Of a stretch of DNA of 64,000 nucleotides, positions 49,273-60,541 are shown piece after piece. The notes beneath the pieces were generated by a model. The model had not been told where the DNA came from and made no database searches. It was given only the letters and a program-made list of their open reading frames with translations. The stretch's first letter is position 1. Each line of letters starts with the position of its first letter. Source of the stretch: Lama guanicoe (lineage: Eukaryota); NCBI GenBank assembly GCA_013239625.1, contig MU055785.1:2108001-2172000 (forward strand), read 5' to 3'. Made by a program: the position numbers and the translations under genes.

Positions 49273-51899
49273 AGTGATATTATTATTATTTAGTTAGAGA
49301 GCCCGGCGCCACCATCCTCACTGCAGCCAGGCCGCCCGCACCACTCAATAGAGTTTTCTAAGCAGATGTAGGGAGATTTGTGTGTAGTGAGGGGAGTGGG
49401 GTTGAAGGGACATGCAGAACCCCACGAACAGCCAAAAGAAGATCTAAAAGTGAAGACACTAGAGGCCTTGGTGCTCCCCCCCCAAAAAGAAAAAGATATT
49501 TTCAGAGGCAGGTGCTTTAATAACTCTGATCTCATTAAAATCTTACAATCACTCTATGAGTTCAGAATGATTATTCAAATTTTATTCAAGAGAAAATGAA
49601 GCTCACAGAGGATAAATGATCTGTCCAAGGTCTGGGGCTCAGCTCAGATGCATAAAAGGCAGTGAATTCATCTCCTCATCCCCCGGGAGAGACCACACTC
49701 AAGTCTGACCCATCATTCCTCTGTCAGAAACCTTTGGGAACTTAACACTAAAGGCTCAAATAACCAAGATTCTCCATGATCTGCTCCTGACCCACCTCTT
49801 GTATCTCTCGACAAATTCCTTGCACCTTTCTCTGTTTCTCGCCTCTGAGGTTTTACTACTGCCATCTCCTGTGGGTGAAATCTTTCCAGGAAGGCCCTGG
49901 CTAAGTCGTCCGCATTCTCAGTTCAACCCTGAGCTCCCCCAGGAAGCCCCTCCTAGAGTCCTCAGGTGGGTCAGGTGACCGGCCCCTCTGTCCTCACACA
50001 CTTCAATCCCCACACCCTTTGCCAGAATGATCTGGTGTGTCTCCTTCACTAGACTCCAAGCACCAGGAAAGGGGACCAAGTCTTAGCCACCTCGATCTAC
50101 AAAGTCAGCAACATAACAAGAACTCACCATTAGGTGTTTATCTGTTGGGAAGGAATGAAGACAAATGCATGCACTCGTGCTAAGAGCCAGTATGCTGTAG
50201 TGATCAAGAATGCAAATTCTAGAACCAGACTGCTCAGTTCAACCCCTGCTCTATGAATTACCCACCATGTGTGATCTCAGGCAAATCACTTTCCCTTGCT
50301 GTACCTTGGCCTCTTCACCTTTAAAATAGGCATAAAAATGGAACCTCCCTCGTAGGATTATAGTAAAGTTTAAATAAGTTACTTTACCTAAAGTACTTGG
50401 AAAAGTGCCTGGCACACGGTAAGCTCTGCATATGTTAGCTACTATCACTACTGTTTTTATTAACTCTTTCATTCATCAGACAAGACAAGCAACAATAAGA
50501 GGACAGTTGTGCTGAGAAGCACAATGAGATGCTAGCTGGGAGGGGAAGAGGCAGGAACCAGGCTAAAATCCTTATCCATCAGACTGAGGCATCAAGAGAC
50601 ACTGTCGAAAGCTGATAGATGGATCAACAGATATTTTAATGGTATACTATTTACAGTAAATGGATGAAAGAATTAAAAACAATAAATAACAAAGACCAGA
50701 AGGGAGGAATTGCTGATGTAGGTTTCCTATCTTTCACAGTGGGGCTCAGCAGATAGTCACTGGGGTAAATAAGCCAAGAAATGAAGGCGAGAGCTCACTA
50801 TTCAGATGTAGAGCGATGTCTATGAGGAGTCCTAAAAACAAGCCATGAAGATGGTTACTCCTGGAGAGAAATGGAGACAAGATGGAACTGAAGACTCTGC
50901 TCTATTTACACACTACTGTACTGTTTGAATTTTTTAAATAGTGTGATAAGTGCCCCTCTCCATCTCCCTGCAATCAGTATGGGGAGTAGGGGGGCAAAGA
51001 TAGTGGTGGTAAAGTTAAAAAAAAAAAACTACAACAATGAAACAGAAATAGTTTTGTATCCTTACTCTTCCTTAGAAGAGAGGCTCCCCACCGATTAGAG
51101 TCAAGAGTACAGAAGATGTCTCGTGCCATCCAAATGGAACATTCTGTACTTAGGGGATGGAGCTTACTGGCCACACCAATGGTAGCGGGGCTCTCCATCT
51201 AAGAAAAGCCACAGTGAAACTGGGACGGGTGAACCACTTGAGCACACAGCACCTAGTCATCTGACACCACACATTCATCTATTTCTTCACTCATTTATTC
51301 ATCATGTTTTTATTGGATGCCTACCACGTGTCAGGTTCTGTGCTAGACTCTAGGGAAACAGACAAGTATGACTGGGTTACCCCTTCTCACTTACAGGATA
51401 AACGGTTTAAAACCTTTCACACTCACTCGGTTTTCTTAAACTATTCCTACCAGCCCTAAAGGCGTTGCGTGAGAAGCGGAACGAAGGTCCTCAGCCTATT
51501 ACTCCCCATTTTCCTTCCCGACAGTGTCCCGAGTGGGAGAGGACTATAGGTGCAGTGTCTGACCCAGTCACCAGTCAACAACAACAAAGGTGATCCGACA
51601 GGAGGGTTGCGGGAGCAAGGCATTCACACGCGGGGGCTGGCATCTCCCTGGCAAAGAGGTGTCTGGCTGGGATCAGGTAGCAACGGGCCGGCTGTGAAAC
51701 CTTATGCACTCACTGTACCTCTCTCCAAACTCTCAAATGGGGATTTGCAGAGAATCCTGCCACCCCCACCCCTTCTTTTGTTCTGAACCCACCCGGAATC
51801 CTGCCCCAGAGGGAAAGCCCCTCGATTCTCCCCAGCCGCCTCTCTCCCAACCTCTAACTCCTAGCTGGTCGCAATTTCAGATTCTCAAGTCCAGGCTCT

Positions 51900-52290
51900 G
51901 CACTCACCCCATTCGGGAGGTTCTTCACGATCAGTCGCGACATGGCGCACGGTCCCACTGGCTTGATTCCAACACAAATGAACAGCGATTCCCACTAACC
52001 ACTTTCACGCTAGACCTCTGGGCGCCGCCATCTTTGGCGAACCGGAACGAAGTCACGTGCTCCTGACGTAGCCCGCCCCTCCGGAAATAGGCGTGGCCAA
52101 AGAGCTACCCACGGAAGTCACACCCTCCAAGGGGCGGGTCTGCGCGTTTGCATTCTGCGCAGGCGCAGACTGTTCTGCCGTGGCCCGGGAGACCAACGCG
52201 GTGGCCAAGTTGCCAGGGGGCGCTGGTTCCTAACACTGATGGGAGGTTGCGTGTGGTGGGCCTAGTGTTTGAGCGCTGCTTAGGCGTGGA
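51900..52290 (-). promoter_or_regulatory. CpG-rich TATA-less housekeeping promoter and 5' UTR of RBM19
   Basis: YY1 GCCGCCATCTT (52024-52034); E-box GTCACGTG (52052-52059); CRE-like TGACGTA (52064-52070); GC boxes (52071-52079, 52131-52138); ETS CCGGAAAT (52081) and CGGAAGT (52112); NRF1-like TGCGCAGGCGCA (52156-52167). Confidence 0.85.
51908..51943 (-). CDS. RBM19: RBM19 exon 1 coding part (MSRLIVKNLPNG)
   Basis: ATG at 51943 in GCGCCATGT context; donor GGG|GTGAGT; phase 0. Confidence 0.97.
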
Positions 52291-52581
52291 AATCATTTTA
52301 GCCCCCTTCTGCTATTTTATTCCGTTATTGAGTTCTGAAACAGCCCTGCGAATGGGGGCCGGATTGGGGAATCTTGTCTCTCTTTTAGAGACTGGGCAAC
52401 TGAGGCTCAGAGAGGCTGCCGTGCTCCATGAATCAATTACTGAATATCCCCTATAAATTTTAGAATGTGCCATTTGGAAACAAACATCCCATTTGCAGGC
52501 CGGTAAACTGGGAACCAGGTAAGTCAACTGGGAACCGCTTGCTCAAAATCGCATAGCTATTAAATATTAAGTAGCATTAAG

Positions 52582-52974
52582 TGATGGATATGGACAGACT
52601 ACCACCTGCCAGTAGTGGCTCTAAAGCCATCAGCCACTGCAGCTGCCCTCTAAAGGTACACCTTACGGGGAATTTAGGATGGAGAAAACCAGGGTACTGG
52701 CCCTAGGTCGCTAAAATGCATATTAAAGGGATAATGTCAACGAGCCATACGGAGAAAAACACTAAAATCATTAACTTGAGATATCTGTTTTTGTGATTAG
52801 CAGTAATCTTGTGGTTATTTTTCCAGCAAAAACTATATATCCCGGCTCCTCCCTTACCTCTTTGTCCCTCAGAGCAACCTGAGAAGCTGTATCCTCCTGG
52901 ACTTACGTCCTCAGTAAGTCTGCTGAATAAAACAATTCTCATCTTTTAGGTTGTGCTTTTTTTCCCCATCAATA
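52582..52974 (+). mobile_element. ERV1-type solo LTR (MER41-like)
   Basis: TG start; TATATAT 52834-52840; AATAAA 52926-52931; U5-like end; near-TSD TAAG/TAGG. Confidence 0.65.
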
Positions 52975-52987
52975 TAGGGCGATGGGG

Positions 52988-53430
52988 TGTATTGGTTTCC
53001 TACCACCTAGCACAAATTACCAGAGACTTAATGCCTTAGAACAGTAGAAATGTGTTCTCTCACAGTTCTGGAGGCCAGAAATCCGAAACCAAGATGTCAG
53101 TAGGGCTGAGCGGCCCCAGAAGTCTCAACGGGAGGATCCTTCCTGCTTCTTCTGGTGGTTCCGGAGGAACCTGGGCCTTGTGGCTGCATTGCTCCAATCT
53201 CTGCCCCCATCTCCACGTGGACTTCTCCCCTCCGGCGTCTGAATGTCATCTATAGCCCTCTCCTGTCTTTTATTAGGGAATCTGCTATCGGGTCTAGGGC
53301 CCATCTTAAAGTCCAGGATGTTCTCATCTCAAGACCCTTAACTTGGTGTCTATAAAGACCCTTTTCCAAAGAAGATCATCACGTTCACAGGGTCCGGGGA
53401 GTAGCTGTGGGCATCTCTTCAACCCACTGC
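52988..53430 (-). mobile_element. MLT1 (C-like) solo LTR
   Basis: TGTATTGGTTTCCTA...CTCTCACAGTTCTGGAGGCCAGAAATCCGAAACCAAGATGTCAG. Confidence 0.85.
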
Positions 53431-54374
53431 TTGAGGATTTACTTGCCCAGTAGCAGGTTACTCTGAAGATCAGAGCTCACCCTCCCCACATCTTATGCAG
53501 GCTGTCTATTCAAAGAAGACACACATACCCGTGTAAAAATGTGCCCTGGGGCCTAGAGTGGGCACCAAGAGGTCACTGTGTTTCAAAACCATTCATTTAT
53601 TCAGCAGATACATATTGGTACATATGAAAGTGCTCTTTAATTAAATGACAATTAGGGGGTTGTTTTCTGCACACGGCGCCCCTGGTCAGGACAGGCTGGA
53701 GCAGGCTTTATGAGGCAGCTCAGAGATATTAGCCTTTTATGAGGGGGCAAGTGTGGGTCGCCGTTGCCAGTCCTGGTTTCATGCACTTTTGCTTTATTAT
53801 TTTCATGAACTGCCTTTATTAAAACGCACAACGAAACGTAGCCTTCCCTAAAGAAATTCACAAATCAGAAGGCCTTTCAAAGGTATTAAAAGAAAAGGAA
53901 TGCTCTTGGCCAATCGCACGTCCCAGCTTAACCCTGGGCCGGGAAAATATGGTCGCCACATGTCGTGGTGGAGAAAGGAGGAACCGTTCCTGAGCTCTGT
54001 ATCCCCCTGCATTTAATAAACAGCCACCTTGTAACATTGTTATTAGTCTTCCTGGCTCTCCTGCTTTCCCGTTTTGTCTCCTGCTTCTATGGCTCTCCCA
54101 GCAAATATAATCCAGAGTCACCTGGACGCCACCAGGCTGGCCTCTCCGATGACACCCGGGGATTAAAAAAAAAAAAAGCAGGTAAATTTAAAAATGGCTC
54201 CAATCAATCACAGCGACCTTCACAAGTGTACGCAGGGCAGCGAGAAGTCTGCCTGGACCCTGCGGTAATTAATCTCCCACCAGGGAAAGGCTAGAGGTGG
54301 GGAGAGGCCTTGGAAGGGCTGGAGAACATAGGAGAGAAAATCGGATTTCTGAGTTCTTCCACGGAAAGAGGAGC

Positions 54375-54710
54375 TGATTATAAGAAAACATCAGACAAGT
54401 GCCCGTGGGGGGCATCCTCATGGTTGCCAAGGTCACCAAAACCAGAGCCACCTGGGAAACGGTCATAGCCAGGAGGAGCCTACAGAGACAGGACGAGATT
54501 CTGGAAAAGCAGAAGGACATCGGGGGAAAGCGAGGAAATCCAGACAAAGCCTGGACTTCCGTTAGTAACCATATATCCACATGGGAGCATTCGTGTGACA
54601 AAGATACCAGAGTCATGCTAAGAACAGGAGAACGTGGGTGCGGGGTACAAGGGAGCTCTGTCTTACTGCTGTTCTGCAAATCGAGCACTATTCTCAAATA
54701 GCGTTCATTA
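54375..54710 (+). mobile_element. L1MC 3'UTR fragment
   Basis: AGAAAACATCAGACAA...GCCAGGAGGAGCCTA...CTCTGTCTTACT...TATTCTCAAATA. Confidence 0.65.
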
Positions 54711-54889
54711 AATATCTCTTTAAAAGATATCTCGACCATGAAAAGAGAAGGATTCAGGAGATCAGTGTCTATAGATGGGGAAGAATCACCAAGACATGTT
54801 ACAAAGGACAAAAAGTGCAGTGCAGGAAGAGGCTGCCTTCAGTGTAGAAAAAATGAAGGCGGGTGGGGGGTTTCTCCAGACACAGCTGC

Positions 54890-55238
54890 TTCTGCATGCG
54901 GGGCAGCAGACTGGGTCCTGGGCCCAAGCTGGCCTGTTACCAGTTTTGTCGTGGTCTCACAGCTATGAAGGGTCTCCACATGTTTAAGGGGTTGAAAAAC
55001 AACACATCAAAAGAAAGGTGATGTTGTGTGACTCATGAGAGTGATGTGAAATTCAAATTTCCGTGTCCATCAAGAAAACTGTGTGGGGACCAAGCCACAC
55101 AGAGTCATGTATGTCTTGCGTGTGTCTTGTTTGTGTCGCGACAGCAGAGGTGAGTGGGTGTGACAAAGGCCATGTGTCTGCAAAACTGAATCTTTTTACA
55201 GCCTGGTTCTTTATAGGAAATGTTTGCTGATCCCATGC
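54890..55238 (+). mobile_element. MER58B-like hAT element
   Basis: ATGTGAAATTCAAATTTCCGTGTCCAT...TTTATAGGAAATGTTTGCTGATCCC. Confidence 0.65.
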
Positions 55239-55779
55239 TTGGCTATCTCTAGGGGAACAGATGAGAAAGTGGTAACTATGATTTCCTCCAGGAAGGAGGA
55301 CAGGATGGCTGGGGGAAGTGAGGTAATTGTTGCTGGGTGCGTTTGATCCATTGAAAAAAAATCTATTTCATTTACCAGCAGCAATATTGCGGAGGAAGCT
55401 GGGCTCTCTGGGGCCCATGTGTTGGGGGCTTGAGACATTTTAAGTAGAAAGGGTAGTGCCCAAAGGCATTTTAGGCATCAGTTATTTGAATGTGTAGAAG
55501 GGCTTTCCAAAGGTGGCGCTCTGGTCATGGTGGGTCAGTGTGCTATCAGGGAAGGCTTCCTGGAGGCAGTGAGCCTTGAAAGCTGGCCATTGACCTGTTC
55601 AGTGGGTTATGCAGAGATGGGGGTTAAGGCAATTGTGTGATTAAGCTGGGGAGGAAGGGCTGGAACTGCACATGTTGTTGTGCATGGTCCCTGATCCATA
55701 TGGCGACAATGTTGTAAACTAGCTGTTACCCATGTTTGTTAATAGAAGTGTAAATGTCACGCAGCCACAATTCCAACCC

Positions 55780-56733
55780 AGCAGTGATGGAGCGAGTGCA
55801 AGGATGACCCCCCATTGTTTCCTCCCTTTATCCACATCCTTGAGATTTGCCGGTCTTCCCACCGGGACCGGCTGGGGGACTTGTTTTGAGCAGCAGAACG
55901 AGGCAGAAGCAGCAGCACCAGCTCTGAGCCCAGGTCCCCCTGGGCCCACGTGCTGCCAGGCTCTCTGTGGGCCCTGTGCACCCTGAGAACCTGGAGGTCA
56001 ACCTGGAGGAGGAGAGACACACGGCCTGGCCACTCCTCTGCCCCCAGTGACAGCTCCCCGACCACCAGACGTGTGGTGAGGCCGTCCTAGACCAGCCAGC
56101 CCCCTGCTCCTCGGCCAGCTGAGCACTGACATCTCAAGAGCCCAGCTCAGATCTGCTGCCCCAGGCCCAAGGGTGGAGCAGAGCCCCCCAGTGACTGACG
56201 GTGAATTTTACGTGTCAGCTGGACAGGGACATGGGGTGCCCCCATATTTGGTGAAACATTGTGCTGGGTGCATCTCTGAGGGCGTCTCTGGATGAAATGG
56301 ACATTTGAATTGGTGGACAGAGGTAAGCAGATGCGAGGGGCTGGGGTTCTGAGCAAATCCATAGGAGGCCTGAATAGGACAACAGGTGGAGGACAGGGGA
56401 ATTCTCTCTCTCTCTCTACTTGCCTTTGAGCTGGGACATCTGTCTTCTCCTGCCTTTAGACAAGAATTGGAACTTATCTATCATCTCTCCTGGGTCTCCA
56501 GTTTCTCAGCTGCAGATTTGGGGACTTCTCAGCCTCTCTAACTCTGTGAACCAATTCCTTATAATAAATCTCTCTCTCTCTCCCCTCCCCACTATCTGTC
56601 TCCTATTGGTTCTATTTCTCTGGAGAACCCAGACTAATTCACTGACCTACAGACTCATGAGTCATCATAGATGCTAATCATTTAAGCTACTGAGTTTAGG
56701 GTACTCTGTTACACAGCAGCAGCTAACGGATAC
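55780..56733 (+). mobile_element. Older MLT1 (F/G/H-like) LTR interrupted by an MLT2 (ERVL) LTR at about 56196-56641
   Basis: MLT2: GGTGAATTTTACGTGTCAGCTGG...CCTATTGGTTCTATTTCTCTGGAGAACCCAGACTAATTCA; the MLT1 end resumes TTTAAGCTACTGAGTTTAGGG...CAGCAGCTAACGGATAC. Confidence 0.75.
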
Positions 56734-57129
56734 GCCATATCTGCCTGTCTAGAAAGCCTCTAACCTTGGAGGTGTCCCATCGCCTGCCATTGGTTCTCTG
56801 TTGACCTAATTCTCACAGGACAGGGGTTTCCTCTGTTTCTTCAAACAGCCTGGAGACCAGAAACAGCCTGGTCTGGCCTGGGGATGGGGGCCAGGCATGG
56901 CAGGCAGTAGGAGGAAGATCTGTGAAACCCCAAGGCTCAGCCAGAAGGTGGCCCTGGGCTCAAATCCTGGCTCGCCACCTACAGTCTCGATGATCCCTGG
57001 TGAACTGCTTATTTCTGAGCTAACAGGCTCTTTTCCAGAAAATTGAGTAGGGGAGGGCCCAGCTCTGAGGCGTATTGTGAAAATAAAATATGATACTATG
57101 TGTCAAACAGCAGCGTTCAGGAACACCTG

Positions 57130-57740
57130 CATGTCTAATTTGGAAAACATTTCATCGAAGTAAGTGCAATTAACACCCACGTCTCTTCACCCAGTGTTAC
57201 CGAGTATAGCCTTCAGCTCCTTTTATTCACCTCTCTCTTTACATATTGTGGTTATTACAAAGGAATGTGCAGGTACAGCGCTGACTTCACAACCCTTCAC
57301 TCGGTAAACACTTTGGTGGGTATTGGATATGTAACCACAGTGCAATCATCACATTCAGGAAATTGAATATTGACACGATACTTTTTATCTAATAATGCAA
57401 ATTCAAATGCCAACAAATATCCCAATCACCATTTTTATCCCTGATCCATGATTCTGTCAAAGAGGACCCACTGCGGTTCCTGTCACATCTCTTTAGGCGA
57501 CTTCCATCTGCAATATTTTTTTCAGCCTTCATCTCTCGTGACCCTAAAGCTCTTGAAAGCTCCAGGCCAGGCATTCTCCTGAAGGTGGGTGGGGCTCGAG
57601 TTTCCTCATGATGAGATTCGGGTTATGCTGCTGGTTGGTCGAGTGGGAGATGGTACATTATCAGCAGGTTGAGGGCTGCCCTCCCAGTTCCTCTACTGTC
57701 GTTTTTCCCTATGTCATTAACAAGTCACTTATGGGTTTTC
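57130..57740 (-). mobile_element. L1MC4/5-like fragment
   Basis: TAACCACAGTGCAATCATCACATTCAGGAAATTGAATATTGACAC...TTCCTCATGATGAGATTCGGGTTATGC. Confidence 0.6.
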
Positions 57741-58841
57741 AGAAAATTTCCTGGGATTTAGAATGGCTTGGAGTCAGTCAGTTTTAGTTTTTGTAAAGGT
57801 GCACACGCCCTCGGCCACTGTCTTCCTATCCACGGACACCCAGGGAAACTGATGTCCTAGAGATCACACAGCGGAGACCGAGGTCAGGTACCAGCTGGCC
57901 TCCGGAGTCTCCTCTCTCCCTGTGGCCATTTCTCAGGGTCAGGAAGCAGGGGCAGCAAAGAAGGTGCCTGGAGACCATCGCCCTGGAGTGTCACCACCTG
58001 ACACCTTCCACGCGGCCCCAGCAATTCACCACCCATCCCCCCAGAAATCCCTCGAAAGAGAAGCTCCTTTTCCCCGGGCACCTGCAGGGGAGCCCTGAGG
58101 GAGGCAGGTGGCCAGGGTAACTCGAGACAGGAGACCAGGTGCGCCCCAGCCGCAGCCACACCTGCAGGGACATCAGGCTGCTCACCTTTGACAGGCGAGG
58201 CTGAGCCTTGCCCCGTCTCCCCTCCCCCACAGCTCCTGCTGGGGTCCAAACTCTGGAGATATGTAGGAGCTCCTCCTGCTCTCAGCAGTAAACCGTAAAT
58301 ATTCATCCGGGAACAGCAGAAATCACAAATCATTCATCGGACAGACTGTGGCTGGCAAGAAAGCTAAACTCAGAAGGCAAGCCAATGGGGGGTCTCAGCC
58401 CAGGCTCTGGAAGCTCCAAATTCCAGGGCTGTTTAATCCGGGCCCGCTGCCATGCTGGCCTGGGGGCCAAGGGAGGATGGTGTGGGGACGGCTTGGGGGT
58501 AAAGCCAGAATCATTCTCCCCCCTTTATTCTGCTGTGCTGTGGGCAGATACCTCCTTCACACATAATAAAAAAGAATTGCCAAGATCTGGTTTGAAAACA
58601 CAGTTCATTTCCTGACTTAGGCCTCAAGGTCCAGCAAGGTCCATCCACTGACCACTGCTCTCCATCCACTTGGCTCCGGCCACACCGGCCACATTCTGCT
58701 TCTCCAGTGTGCAGACCTTACTCACGCCTGCTGTGGGCTGAATTGTGTCCCCCACCAAAATATTTGTGGAAGTCCTTGGAACCTGTGGATGGGATCTTAT
58801 CTGGAAATTAAGTCTTTGCAGATGTAATAAAGTGAAGGATC

Positions 58842-59089
58842 CTTTTTTTTTAAAAATAATTTTTGCCTAGTTGTGATCACAGTCACACAATTTTGTTTTC
58901 AACTTTATTTTTTGTTAGTTTGCATGCTTACTTTTTAAAGCAGTTTTTCATACATTTATTTATTTAATTTAATTTTTGAAGGGGGGAGGTGATTAGGTTT
59001 ATTTATTTCTCTAATGGAGGTACTGGGAATTGAACCCAGGACCTCATGCATGCTAAGCACGCGATCTACCACTGAGCTATATCCTCCCC
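58842..59089 (-). mobile_element. tRNA-Ala-derived camelid (Vic-1-type) SINE with an extended 3' tail
   Basis: Head GGGGAGGATATAGCTCAGTGGTAG...GCTTAGCATGC...GGTTCAATTCCCAGTACCTCCA; TSD TGAAGGATC at 58833-58841 and 59090-59098. Confidence 0.9.
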
Positions 59090-59111
59090 TGAAGGATCTT
59101 GAGGTAAGATC

Positions 59112-59289
59112 GTTTTATTTATTTATTTTAGAATAATGGTTAAAGCTTATTATTGTATTATTTAATTATTCTATTTTGGGGAGAAGTAATAAGGTGTATT
59201 TATTTTTGGAGGGGGTCCTGGGGAACCCCAAGACCTCAAGCATGCTAAGCATGTGCTCTACTGCTTGAGCTATACCCGCCCCCCGCCCC
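59112..59289 (-). mobile_element. Second, more diverged Vic-1-type SINE
   Basis: Antisense head CATGCTAAGCATGTGCTCTACTGCTTGAGCTATACCC with an AT-rich tail. Confidence 0.8.
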
Positions 59290-59626
59290 ATGAAACGAGA
59301 TCATTCTTAGGTTTAAGGTGGTCCCTGATTCCAGCGCCTGGCGTTCTCCCCAGGAGGCCACGTGGAAACACAGACACACGGGGAGGCATCTCCAGGATGA
59401 TGGAGGCAGAGACCGGCAGAGACAGCCTATCCACTCTGCCATACAGTGTAAGACGCCTCTCCCTGAATGGTCAGGGTCAGCTTGCTGCCTCTTATCTGGT
59501 GTTAGATTTTTGTCTCGATTTTTGTCTCTTGTGTTCTTGTTAATGCGCATCTGGGCCCACAACCCTCCATCCCTTTTCCCGTTTTCCCTACTGGGAACCT
59601 CTGCGCTGCCCGGTTAGAAAGCCTGT

Positions 59627-59661
59627 CTGCAGTTCCAAAGATTGGCCAGCAGGGGGCGCCA
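59627..59661 (+). promoter_or_regulatory. CTCF binding site, core plus upstream motif
   Basis: CTGCAGTTCC-aaagat-TGGCCAGCAGGGGGCGCCA: consensus core preceded by the ZF9-11 upstream motif at canonical spacing. Confidence 0.8.
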
Positions 59662-60149
59662 GAGGACCACGTATAAACACATTCAGAGACGTGGAAACAA
59701 GGAAGAAATCCTTGAGAATCGGAATCCACGGAGTGTGACGTTTCAAGGACACTGCCCACTGGCCTGCAGGACCGCCAGACGCGTGAGCCTAACCTGGCCT
59801 GGTCACCACGTTCGGGGTTTATGCCTGATTTCGCCCCCTTAGGAAGACGAAACTCTTACCTGCAGAACCCTGCTCAGCAGAACGCCTGGCCGTAGTTTGT
59901 GGGTAAATATTTCTGGAGAAATAAATGAGTTGGGACCCAGAGGAAGTGAAGGAAAGCTTTCTAAATGCAGTAGGAGGGAGAGTCCTGCCGGGGAAGGCAG
60001 GCAAGGACACTGCCCGTCAGGGTAGTGGGCGGGGAAAGGCCATGGAGTTTCCGAAGACACTTGGATGTAGGGTCCATCTACAGAGCCACGGGCAGGGGTT
60101 CGGCGATGCCAAGGATCAAAGGCACTGGATCTGCGACAGTGCGAGCCCA

Positions 60150-60541
60150 TGGCAGCCTGAGAAACGTCCCCTGCCCCACTGGATATCCACGCCCTAACCC
60201 CTGCAAACTGAGGTTGCTATCTTATGTGACAAAGGGAAGTGTCTTTGCAGACGTGATTAAGGATTTTGAGATTTCTGCGAGCAGAGGGAGATTTCAAGAT
60301 GCAGCCTTGGAGACAGGAGTGATGCAGCCACAAGCCAAGGCATGCTGGCAGCCGCCCACGTCGGGAAGAGGGGAGGAACGGATTCTTCCCCGAGAACCTC
60401 CGGAGGCAGCGAGGCCGGACCGACACCTCAGCCTTTGCCCAGGGAACCTGATGTTTGGACTTCTGGCCTCAGCTGTGAAAACTGTGGGACAACAAATTTG
60501 AATAGTTTTAAATTGTTACAGCGGCCACAGGAGATTAATGT
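60150..60541 (+). mobile_element. MLT1D/E-like solo LTR, internally deleted
   Basis: GATATCCACGCCCTAACCCC...CTTTGCAGACGTGATTAAGGATTTTGAG...TGGACTTCTGGCCTC. Confidence 0.75.

Larger units (their letters stand above)
14232..51943 (-). other. RBM19: RBM19 gene body, coding exons 1-21 (3'-partial; intron 21 runs off the left end of the window)
   Basis: 21 exons reconstructed by hand join in frame with GT-AG boundaries. The translation MSRLIVKNLPNGMKEERFRQLF...KILVRNIPFQADSREIRELF matches RBM19 (RRM1-5 plus the start of RRM6). Confidence 0.98.
58728..59450 (+). mobile_element. MLT1 LTR host interrupted by two antisense SINEs
   Basis: TGCTGTGGGCTGAATTGTGTCCCCC...TCTTTGCAGATGTAAT; resumes after the SINEs with GAGATCATTCTTAG...GGAGGCAGAGAC. 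Confidence 0.75.

Noticed and set aside
52205-52225. CTCF-like TTGCCAGGGGGCGC near the promoter
   Set aside because: It mismatches the leading CC of the core and lies in GC-rich sequence where such matches arise by chance.
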